Source of the DNA: Eukaryota sp. TZLM1-RC
Lineage: Eukaryota > Protista > Metamonada: BaSk clade
Assembly (NCBI GenBank): GCA_040285825.1
Contig: JAUPSS010000004.1
Location: forward strand, 1,902,550 to 1,966,549
DNA length: 64,000 bases
Direction: 5' to 3'
Under the pieces are notes generated by a model. The model made no database searches. It saw only the letters and a list, made by a program, of their open reading frames with translations, and was not told the origin of the DNA. How positions within the stretch are numbered: the first letter of the stretch is position 1; each line of letters opens with the position of its first letter. A program made the translations under genes and the position numbers. This document shows, in pieces, positions 21,723-33,847 of the stretch.

Positions 21723-21995
21723 CTGTGAATTTCACTTATCATGCATTCCCCTGTGAAATTCACTCCTGTTTTCAACTCCCTCAGTGTCTACTCACAGGCT
21801 GTAAGAGACATGTAGCATCATTTGACAAAGACAATCATGATCTTCATCAATGGGCTACCTCACTTAAATACACCTACTGCTTTCACAGAACAAAGCCTCG
21901 CGACTTGATGTATCTAAGTGGATCTACCAAATGCTACTAGGGCATTTGTAGATCGGTCTCAAAAGTTTTTGTTTCTGTATGCTTAGGTTCCCTAT
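21723..21995 (-). ncRNA. Putative omega-RNA of Fanzor family 2, copy A
   Basis: Non-coding region conserved with 55933-56241; stacked hairpins including AAGTC-GCGA-GGCTT and CTGT-GAAA-GCAG within a 14-bp helix. Confidence 0.7.
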
Positions 21996-22912
21996 TCATC
22001 TTCTTAACAGAGCTTCTGGGCAAATGTATCTTTCCGGCCACAATTCCGCTTTCTTCTTAATTTGAATATTTTTTGCAGCGGAAATATCTCTGTCATATAC
22101 CATTTGACACTCAGTACAAATACGCATCTGCCATGAGCCTGCTTGAATATTCTCGGCCATGCAACAACTTGACATTTTGCTTGTATTAAATTCACTGGTT
22201 GACAAGTGCTTCACGTCCTTTTGATAACACAACCATTTTCTGAAAGCCCTTGCTGATCCATATCGATTGACTTTTCGGCAATGAGAAGGGAAATTAGCAG
22301 AACCCACAGCAAGATAGAGTTTTTCAGGATGTCCAGCCAGCCTTTGAAATTTGTTGAGACTCTCTCTGAACCGTCTCTCTTTTCGTCTGCGGTTATCAAA
22401 TTTAATTATTTTCCATTTCTGGCGATTACTTTCCAAATACACTTTCCTCCTGACCAAATTCCAATGGTTCAAATATTGGTTGAAATTTTGAACGGAATAT
22501 TGGTTGGGAGAGTGTTTACTGGGTGAAGGTTTTGTCATGTATCTCCTGCCAGTTGGACAAGGGATAACTCCACATTGATTATCATTTAAGAAGTAACCAC
22601 ATAATCTTGATTGGCCAAGATCAACGCCGATAAGGGGGCTTTCAGGTAAAATTTCGACTGGATGTCTACGTCTTCGACGGGGCATTTTTTTAGTACCCTT
22701 CAACTGTGTTTCTCTGGTTTTGTTGGCATTAGGGTCACTTTTCATTTCATTTTTTGATCTTCTTTTCTTTTTCGGTGGTTCATCCAGCTCATCTGTGTTT
22801 TCTGAGTCATTATTTTTACCTTCAAAGGTCAAAAGCAGTTCATTACCATTAGTTTTCAATAAAATTTTGTTAAATCTATTTTTCAAACTTTTTCTGTTGA
22901 TATTGAATTTTT
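21996..22912 (-). pseudogene. Fanzor family-2 copy A: open C-terminal half, 5'-truncated
   Basis: LIGVDLGQ, LAVGSANF, STSEFNTSKMSSCC, CTEC, YDRDISAAKNI; identity with copy B starts near 22912, and the sequence upstream is a CCT6 fragment. Confidence 0.85.
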
Positions 22913-22914
22913 GC

Positions 22915-23127
22915 CTATATATATTTATTTCTATGCAATACAAATCCAACTATCCTTGTTGTTGAGCTTTCATTGACAAGCTTCTTCCTAAAGTTAACAG
23001 AATGATCATAAGGTAACAAACCAGCAGCTATAATTTCATCACACAACAATAATTGAGAAGAAATAACAGCAGATGAACGAATCATATTTCTTAAAACACA
23101 ATAGTTGTCCCAAATTCCAAGTTCCAA
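22915..23127 (-). pseudogene. CCT6: C-terminal fragment of chaperonin CCT-zeta
   Basis: [35 protein letters not shown] matches the CCT6 C-terminus ([33 protein letters not shown]). Confidence 0.75.
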
Positions 23128-23160
23128 GGGATTAGGGAGGGATTAGGGAGGGAAGGGAAA
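23128..23160 (+). repeat. G-rich telomere-like repeat (GGGATTAGGGA x2 plus degenerate)
   Basis: Directly visible; contains TTAGGG twice. Confidence 0.5.
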
Positions 23161-24119
23161 AAAAGGGATTTGTATTCAACCTAAAATTCAACCACAGTAA
23201 TACTCAATGTCTCTGTTCTCTGGTGTATGTTAAACTTCTGCGTCGTCTCCACTATTTAGTCAGCGGTTTCACCCTTTCTATGATGAATGCCGCGTTACAA
23301 TAGTGGTAGATTTCATCCCAAATGCATGGTGTTTTTCCGTGCTATTGGTTATCAGACGCACTTTTCTCAAGAAGAGCGATTCCTGTTGTTCTTCTGCTTC
23401 GTGGTCTTTTACAATACTAACCTCAGCTTTGTACTCTCTGATTTTGTGTGTACTAACAACATATTGTTTTGTCACTCACAACAATCTACATTTCTCATAC
23501 AGATTCGTATTGTCAGCAACATTGTGACACTACTGTTCATCATAAATTTTATTGGATTGTTTCTCTCATTTATAGTACCTCGCAAGTATATGTCACAGAT
23601 GATGTTTTCAATTTTATTACAGTGCTTGCGTATAATTTCAAGTGTTCATGTGCAGTTCAAATATTGTGCTTTGAAGTTGCGATATCATTGCTAATTATGT
23701 TGTTTAATAGTGTTGTTTTTGCACTATTTGAATCAAAGTTCAGGGGTGTTAATTCCTAACTAATCTCACAATTAACATCAATCAAAGCAATCAATTTTGC
23801 TTAAGGAATTTCGTCTTTCATATAATCTTTTTTAGGTAAAAAATATGGTTTCATATGAGCTAAAAGAACACAAAAACTATTTTGGAATAAACTGCCATGA
23901 TTTCGAGAGGCTTCTGGAACAACTTCATACTATTCCATCAAGTTCGTTGGCAGTATTCCAAAGAAAGCAGTTGTGAGTGAAGGAATTGAAACAAAGGACA
24001 ATATTGGATTGAAAATAGCATTTGTTGTACTGTGGACAATTAGTCTAGTATAGATTTCATTAGTGACGGCCTTTATAAGGGCCAGTGAAATTTAAATAAA
24101 TATTTTTTATCTCATCAGT

Positions 24120-25343
24120 TAATGACAATAAGACTGTCGAATACCTATCGGCAAATGGTAATCGCTCCACGACCTTGGTATGTGCAAGTGGTGTTCTTGC
24201 TCTAAATGTGAATAGCTTGGCCACTCAAGTGTTTTTAAGGATCGAACTCCAGATCATTCCTGGTACCAATAATTTTTTGATCGGAAGAGACTTATTACAA
24301 ACCTTGGGGCCGCACGGCGCACGGTTTTAATATTAATTTGGATCGCGAACACCGCACCATCTTAACTGCTGAATGTGAGTTTGGTAATAGAATTTGTCAA
24401 TCATTCAGATTCATAGAACAATTGAGTAATAAATCAGACTTAGGTAATGATTTTGGGCATTCCACATTTAGACATGAGTTAGATGAGTTGGGCTGTAGAA
24501 TATGCCTGGATGACATTAGGGACGAGGAACGCCTAGTCGTGCTATTCGAAAAATATAGAAATGTATTTAGTGGGCTACCTCACCCGGATGGAATTGATTG
24601 TCAGCCGATGACCATTGCATTTTATGACGAAAGTAAGGTCGTCAAAAAAAACCTCGAAGATTAAACCCAGAAAAACAACGGGTAGCCGAGGAAATTTTTA
24701 ACGAATTGATCCGTAATGGATTTGCTGTGCCCGCAAAGTCTCAATTCAGTAGTCCCATCTGTCTTGTGATTTACCCTGATCACAGGAAACCACGATTAAC
24801 TGGCGATTTTAGTGGTATTGGTGGAGTAAATGATTTAACTAAACCTGTAGAGGCAAATTTGCCCAGGATTAGCGACATTTTAGAGTTTCTAAGTAAAGCT
24901 AATTATATAGCAACTCTAGATTAACCTACGGCATGTTGCCAGCTCAAAATTGCAGAAGAGGATATTGATAAAACTACCGTATCAATTCCCGGGATGTCGA
25001 TCAGTTTTAAAAGGGCTTGTTTTGGTTTGAAGAACGTTCCTGCAGTCTTCCAAAACATGATGATGGAAATTTTTGATTCCGAAGGTGTATTTATATATAT
25101 CAATGATATTATATAGTAGCTTCATCCTTGGATGAATTTTTATCAAGAGTAGGTACGGTACTAGAACGCGCCAAACGTTTTAGAGTTAACTTGGGCCTAC
25201 CCAAGTGTAGTTTTACCACTTGCAAACATGAAACAAAAATTCTAGGTAGTATTTCTGCAAACAAAACCCGTTATATAGATGAGTATAGAATCGAGGGACT
25301 GATCAACCTACCCAAACCCAGGACATTACCTGAGGTCAGGAGT
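24120..25343 (+). mobile_element. Degenerate Ty3/gypsy pol fragment (protease end plus RT)
   Basis: LIGRDLL, SPICLVIYPDHRKPRLTGDF, PRISDILEFL, FGLKNVPAVFQ, YINDI, LPKPRTLPEVRS; stops and frameshifts. Confidence 0.85.
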
Positions 25344-25422
25344 AGGCAGGCGAGTAGAATTATTGGACAGACATATTGTCTAGATTGGTTGATACCAAAC
25401 CCAAAACCACTTGAGTCCAACA

Positions 25423-28400
25423 TGTGAGAAATTTGACACCTCACAGAGTTGAAGAACAATTACCCTATTTGAATTTATTAAATATGTTGCCTTAGGTTGC
25501 AAAAGTGGTTGAGATAAAGATAATTTATTTTCTATTCATATTATAAAAGCCTAAGGGCGCCAACACTGCTTCTTCCCCTTTTCAAAGATAATAAGCTTGA
25601 TAAATATGAACCAAACTATAAACAAATAACTAAGTAACTACAAATAATCTAAACTAATCTAAACTAAGAATTAGCATCACTTCCTAATTCTAGTACTGCG
25701 TCTAGGCCTCTTGTGAGGCGTAGAGTTATTGGAGGTACTTTTCCGTTGACTATTAGTACGTTTTCCAATTTTCTTGTTATTCCTACTGAACAACTTGTAA
25801 GCTTCTGAATGTTTAACTGAATGGAGAGGCCCTTCTGTTGTCTCACCGCCAAACCATTGAACAGTACAGAAACTACCTGGGTCAGAATTATATTCTGAGA
25901 GGATTTTCTCCATAACATGTTTCTCACCATCGCCTGCTGCGACTGCCTTAAGAAATTCGATATCCTGTGGATTATCTGCGTTATAGATTTTACAATCTTT
26001 CTTAGCAGCCTTTAATTCGCAGCCAGTGATAAGATTCTTTAATAATAAAATGGAGTTGGAAGGAAGGTCTATTACTAAAAAGGGTCCGTTCCAAGATCCA
26101 TCTAATTTATTATTCTGTTTGATTTTACGGAGGACATAGTCACCAATATTAAATACTATAGAACGCGAATTAGTATTGTCTACTGAAATCGAAGTATTTA
26201 ATGATTGATGACGCTCTGCTTCTTCCCTTTTTCTTGCAGACGAGTATTTTTTATTTTAATATCGTCTAATAAAAATATATTGGAATCAAATTTTGATAAG
26301 TTTCCTAATATGTTTGCAGGGTCCGATCTTGGACTAATCGAAGATCCGAACATTAGTTCGTAAGGTGTAAAACCTGTCTTTCTGCTTTTAGTGGAATTTA
26401 TTAATAGTTGGGATATGGGATATAAGTAGACCAATTTCCGTAATCATTAAAATCTATTAATAATTTCCTCAAGCATTGTAGAACGTCTATATGTTTTCGT
26501 TCTACGAGTTCATTACTTTCAGAGTAGTGGGGTATTGATTTACTCGTCTCAATAGCTAATCTATTACACACTATCTTAAAAGTCTCATTGGCGAACTCGG
26601 GACCATTATCACTATGAATTAACATAGGAATGCCAAAAATTGCGCAAACGTTCCAAATCAAAGCGTCTGCGGTCTCTAAGGCATTGAGTTCGTTCAGAGG
26701 GACTAAAATTGAATATCCAGTAAAAGATTCTACAAATACTAATAAGTATTTATTACCATCAATATCAGTATTCAGAGGTCCAATTGTGTCGACATTTAAT
26801 CTAGCAAAAGGACGATCTGCCCAAAGGAAACCTGTGGAAGGTGTTTTCTATTCTTTTAACTGGTGCCGTTCTTTGACAAGTTGGGCATCTTTTGATGTGG
26901 TTTATGAGGTCCTTTCTCTTATTAGGCCAGAAAAAGTCGCTTTTGGACAGTTTATGTAGACTGTCGTTTTTGCTGGGGTGGCCTGATTGAACCAATCCAT
27001 GTATTAATAGTAGAGCCTGTTTTTTGAGGTTTTTTGGAATTAAAGTTTTATTTTTATTGTTTTTCCAAATTTGAAAATTTTCAACTAGAATTGCATTTTC
27101 AAATAAAGGGTCATTGTTATTTTTGGCTATTTGCTGTTCACATCTTATTTTAGAGAACCAAGAAGAAAAAATAGCTAAGTCCTGGTGTCTACTTAGGGTT
27201 GAAATTGATGGGATGTCTTTGAAGTCCGAATCAGAATCATCGGCTATTGGAGGTATCTCGTAATTCGAAAGTAAAGTATCTGGTATATTTATACTACATA
27301 TAGAAGGAGTTTCCTCATTTTGATCTAAATCAATATTCCTCGATAGCATATCTGCCCAGTGGTTGTCTTCACCTGGTTCATGGACTATATCAAAGTCGAA
27401 TTCAGATAGTATCGGCAGCCATCTCTTTACAATTCTGTCTTTCTCTGGGGCTGTGGCCAGGAATGCATTATTTTTGTGATCAGTGAAAATTGTTAGATGT
27501 CTAGTCGAAAGGTAGCTTTCTAAACAACTTTCAGTTAAAATCAGAAGAATTGCATATAATTCTTTCTGTAAAGTGGACCATTTTCTTTGTGTTTCTGTAA
27601 GTAATCTACTATAGAACGACAAAAGTTTCACTTTTCTCTTATTCAGCGGGGTTCCTGCAGGAGAGTATGGTTCAATTTCTTGCCAAATGACACCTCCTAC
27701 TGCTACATCTGATGCATCAGTACTTATTAATACGCGCTTGCCCGGAGCTGGTAATTCAAGGGACATGTGGTTAATTATTAAATAGTTTATTTGTTTAAAA
27801 TAATCATCATGCTCGTTGGTCCATTTTATTATTCTTGGTTTTCCCTTTATTAACTCATTGATTGGAGCTATTAATTCGAAAATACCTGGAAGCCAATCTC
27901 TAATATAATTGATGGATCCTACCAATGAGCGAACTTCCTTCACTGATTTTGGTCTAGGGATTCTCATCAAGGCTTCTATCTTTTTCTTACTAATAAATCT
28001 AGTTTTATCCTGGAAGGTGCTTCCTAAGATGTCAATAGGGTGTTTGGAAGTTACGAATTCACATTTACGTAAACCTATATTTACACGTTTATTTCTGGCG
28101 CATTGGAGGGCCTTCTGTAATCTCTTATAGAATTCATCGAAAGTCGTTCCAACTATTATAATACCATCGATATATATATAAAAACGCCATCAATTTGGAA
28201 TATTTCCATCATTACATTTTGAAAAACTGCTGGGATAATCTTTAATCCGAAGCAAGCTCTTTTAAACATAATTCACCTTCCAGGGATTGAGATTGATGTT
28301 TTCTCAATGTCCTTCTCAGCTACATTCATCTGCCAGAAAGCTTTTGGTAAATCAAACGTGGCAATGTAATCTGTTCTACTTAAAAACTCTAAAATATCAC

Positions 28401-29330
28401 TAATCCTAGGTAGATTAGGCTCTACTGAAATCTTGTGGGCATTGACTCCAGCTTTACGACTAAAGTCTCCCGTTAACCTGGGTTTCTTGTCGTCAGGATA
28501 TATAACTAAGACAATAGGAGAGCTGAATTTATAATTAGATTCAACTACGTAGCCCATTTCAATCAGTTCATCAAATATTTTGTTTGCTATTTCCATTTTG
28601 CTGGGATTTGATCGTCTAGCATGTTTATGTACTATAGCATTCTCGTCTCTAAAGGGGATTGTTAGAGGTTTTCAATCGATTCCTTTTCTGTTTGGAGTTT
28701 CACTAAAAACATCGCTGAAAATTCCTAGTAGACTCGTTAATTTCAATTTATTGTTATCATCATCTAATTTTATCTCACAACCAGATCTAGTTAACTGCTC
28801 CTCAAATTCGGAAGGACTCGATGATTGGTTATCTAAGGTCCCAATCGAATGTTGAGCGATTCTTGTGTTGAATTCAGATTCTGCATTTAACAAAGTGCGG
28901 TGTTCTTTGTCTAATCTAATGAAAAGACCATCATCCGTCTGAAGCCCAAGTGTTTTTAACATCTCTATCCAAAAAAAAATGTCTGTCTATTAATAATTTG
29001 TTCGAACCCGGGATTATGGGAAGAGTATGTCTAAAATGTACCTGGTGCACAATGCTTCCTACGTTGAACGACAGAATACCATTTGCACTCCCTAGCGATT
29101 TACTTGATACGTTATTGGCTGGTAAGAACTCAATTGTATCATCTCTATTAATTGACATGTTGCATTTGTTAGCCAAATCTTCTGTTATAACCGAACAAAA
29201 CGCTGACGAATCAATAGTTGCAATCATTTTTATATTATTTATTAAAATCTCCAATCTTAGAAATGCAGAACGCTGGGATCTGATGTGGTTCTCACTAACA
29301 GTAGAATTTATACCAAAAATACTATTGATA
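25423..29330 (-). mobile_element. Degenerate Ty3/gypsy LTR retrotransposon (PR-RT-RNaseH-IN-chromo-like) with PPT and probable 3' LTR
   Basis: IDSSA protease, FDLPKAFWQ, YIDG, TDASD RNase H, HSDNGPEF integrase, WNGPF, chromo-like EKIL...TVQW; PPT GAAAAGGGGAAGAAGCAG (25566-25583) then TGTTGG at 25565; LTR end at 25423 is tentative. Confidence 0.9.
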
Positions 29331-29779
29331 TTAGAGCTGGGTTTGTAGAATTGTAGAGGATTAAGTAAGAATTGTTGAGCTGTTGGGGAGTTGTTGACTG
29401 GGTTTCCGAAATCGGCAATTGATTGATTATGATTGATTGCGTTGATTTGTTTCCGATTGGGAAAAATTCCAGTATTTCTGACCCTGTTGCTGAAATTTTA
29501 TTTTGATGTTTTTGAGTTTGTTGTTTCTTGGGGTTTACATTTCTTCCTTTAGTTTCAATCAAAAATTATTGGAAATGCGATTTTTGACCAACAAACATCA
29601 AAGCTTAAGTGTAAAAAACAACAAAAAACACTGAACGACAAATTTGCATTGAGAATACAATATTAAATACCGAGAACAGGAAGATTTTGCCAAAGAAACC
29701 ATTGAAACCGAGTATGGTCAAAAAAATTGAGCCAAGTTTGAGTGGCTTCAACCCTGATCCATTGATTCAATTCAAATCA

Positions 29780-30300
29780 ATGACCCCAAATTAAAATCTT
29801 CCCACTGTTATGTGCTTTGATCTTGAAACCTATCAGGATGGTCATCTTTACCAAAATCGTGATGGCCAATTTCTCCCTCCTGACGAGATTATCAACAAAA
29901 AGAGAAAAGAGGGTGCAAATTTTTTGAAAAAGAAAACTGATAAGTCAATGGGTGAGTGGATTTTTTGATTAAAAGGTGTTTTCAATTTCGATTTTTGATG
30001 GTAAGTTTGATCACCATAATTTCTTTTTGGAGAGTAAATATTCACTTATATTGAGAATGAGTCCTCAAATAAGATTACCAGACATTGATATGGGTGTTCA
30101 GGCAGAAATATTCTCTGACAAAAAAACCTTGCTTCGTAGGTTCCTAAACCTTATTGGTGATCATCAACCCCATTGGTTTTTTAATCACAATTTAATGCAG
30201 TTTGATTTACAGGTTTTAAAAAGAAGATTAAATAATTTTGATTTACCATTTCCCACTGTTCGAGATGATTCAACAATTGATGTACTCAGTAAACTTTCAC
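29780..30300 (+). pseudogene. Family B DNA polymerase 3'-5' exonuclease fragment
   Basis: ExoI-like VMCFDLETY (from 29807) and ExoII-like LLRRFLNLIGDHQPHWFFNHNLMQFDLQVLKRR, separated by a stop. Confidence 0.65.
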
Positions 30301-30588
30301 TAAGACGGAGAGTAGTTGTCATCAGGGAAAATGGCTTTTTTCTTTTAGTTATTTTGGTTTTTGCCAAAAAATTTATTAAAATACCCTACGGACATGGATG
30401 AGGCATTTTGGCATATAAAATGATAACTGAAAAGAAAATCAAACTTCATCAGGAATTTTCTCATATATTGCCAATGGATTGTTTAGCTACTTCTCCTCAG
30501 ACAAAATTCGATTCAATATGGGCTTCATGATTGCATCCTTTGTCTGAAACTTTTCGTGCTGTTTCAGAAAGACAAATTTATTTTTTCA

Positions 30589-31590
30589 TCTTATAAAACC
30601 ATTCGAGCAACCGTCTACTCAATGGTTAAACATTCAGATGTGATACTCAAATTGAGAGAAACTGCTGACAAATTTCTACAGTTACGTATTCACACCACTT
30701 GTTGCTTATAGCTGTATTTACAGTCTCGTTTTGAACGTAATTTTATACCAACACGAATATCTGCCCAGTTATATGAATCATTAATGGCAGGAATCCGTTA
30801 TATTTCAGCTGAGTATTATGGGCAAAAAATAGTGAAACCAAAAAGTGCATTTTCACAGGATTTTGAAGACTTTATTTATGGTGAAGGAGTTTATACTTTA
30901 AGAACTACCTTTGAGCGACAAAAGTTAAACAAAACATTGAGTTATCTTGATCACTTAAGACACAAACCTGAACAGTTTTCACGATTTCCATCTGATGGCT
31001 TCAGTAGACCGACTGAGTCCATGGTCCCAGTGATGTTTGCCAATTTTGAGAATAATTTGAAATTAAATTATGAAAAACATATTACTCGATTTATTAATGT
31101 TTATTTTGACAAACCAGATGTGGAAAATGTGTTAGCAGAAATGCACAAGCTGGGTGGATACTCCAAGCCATTATCTACAATTGTTTCACTTTATAGATTT
31201 AGGCTTCGTCAATTCAATAACTTGTTTTTGGTTGATGACAGAGGTGGCTTGGATTCTTTGTTACAATATCCTGAAAATATTTCAGACCTTCTGAATGATG
31301 AATTTTTCGATTTATGTGAACAATATGATATAAGAATTGATGAACTGAGAGACATATTTGAAGGTCTTATTGAGCCATTAACCTGCCAAAATGAAAATTT
31401 GGGCAGTGACGAGAATTTAGTTGATAACATATTTCCAGTGGACATACATTTTCTTGCAGACGCTGTTGAAAAAGATCCTCAAATATTCCTAAAACCAGCA
31501 ATTACAATTGCCCAATATTTCTCAAGTAGAGAGAAAAACCTTATCATATTTGTCCTGTTTCAACAACATTATCCACATAGATGGATTTAA
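30589..31590 (+). pseudogene. Fanzor family-3 N-terminal half (WED/REC region), premature stop, RuvC missing
   Basis: In-frame upstream extension YKTIRATVYSMVKHSDVILKLRE...CL*LYL (TAG at 30709), FENNLKLNYEKHITRFIN and VEKDPQIFL resemble Fanzor N-terminal motifs as recalled. Confidence 0.6.
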
Positions 31591-31763
31591 TATTGCAGTA
31601 GAATTTGTTCGTCGGGATTTACAAGGTTAGAAATGTAAGCCAGACAACAAGGCTAGTATTTCGGATTTATATAATGATGATGTCGATGTTGATACTTTTC
31701 AAGGCAGACGAATTGTTGTTTGTGATCATAGATAGTTTTTGTAATTATTCCGCACGAAAATAG

Positions 31764-33161
<1,398 letters not shown>

Positions 33162-33329
33162 ATTTGATACATTGGTGTTTTTTAGTACTTGCACTTTGCA
33201 TTCATAAAGTTGGAATTGAATTTTTTTGTAATTTTGTGATTGGAACAGGAATGATTCTTAATAATGAATTAAAATTCCACATTGTTGTGACCTCATTTGA
33301 TGATGTTTTGAATGTTGTTGATGTTGTAA

Positions 33330-33760
33330 CAGTGGGTGTTTAAAAGAAAAATGTCTTGAAAAATGCACTATCTGAAGTATCCACCTTGACGTTTCAGAAT
33401 TGTAAACGGAAGAAATATGCAAATCCTCTGAAAGAATTGAAACATGTTCACCATGCGGATTACCACATTTGTCCAATTGCTTTATCTTTGTATGGACGTC
33501 TTGGAGAAACTGCCATGAATTTTGATGATGATTTTGAAAATCTGGTAAAAAGAAGAATGAATAAGCGTTTTGACCATCGTTTGTGGTTAAATCGTATTGT
33601 TTTTTTATTTCTAAAACAATTCCTAATATGTTTTCGAATGCTCTGACGTCTGTCAGTGCACATTACGAAGACATTGCTGTTGTACGGTTTGAAGGTGTGG
33701 AAGTTTGTTTTGAAGATACTGATTTCTACTTTGTCGTTTTGAAAATTGATTTGGAATACC
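33330..33760 (+). mobile_element. Degenerate 3' RLE fragment of a non-LTR retrotransposon
   Basis: KRKKY...CPIALSLYGRLGETAMNF...KRFDHRLWLNRIVF parallels the C-termini at 13074 and 15945. Confidence 0.75.
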
Positions 33761-33847
33761 AACAGAATTTGATTTTGCAATTGGAACACTCACACTCATC
33801 TCTTCTTCACAATAATACTCTATTCGGTATTGTTGTGTTGATAACCA

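Noticed and set aside
21710-21940. 76-aa ORF conserved with 56050-56289
   Set aside because: Antisense to the structured Fanzor RNA region; conservation is explained by the element duplication
22913-22949. [12 protein letters not shown] as the true Fanzor start
   Set aside because: TTG start derived from the CCT6 fragment 3' region; copy B shows the real gene extends about 1 kb further upstream
22997-23009. 13-nt match ACAGAATGATCAT to the family-1 scaffold/guide junction (9921-9933) as a possible target
   Set aside because: Only 9 nt fall in the putative guide and the sequence is AT-rich; insufficient
23278-23760. Overlapping short ORFs here, and similarly at 60618-61334 and 41000-42000
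   Set aside because: No recognisable motifs; likely decayed sequence
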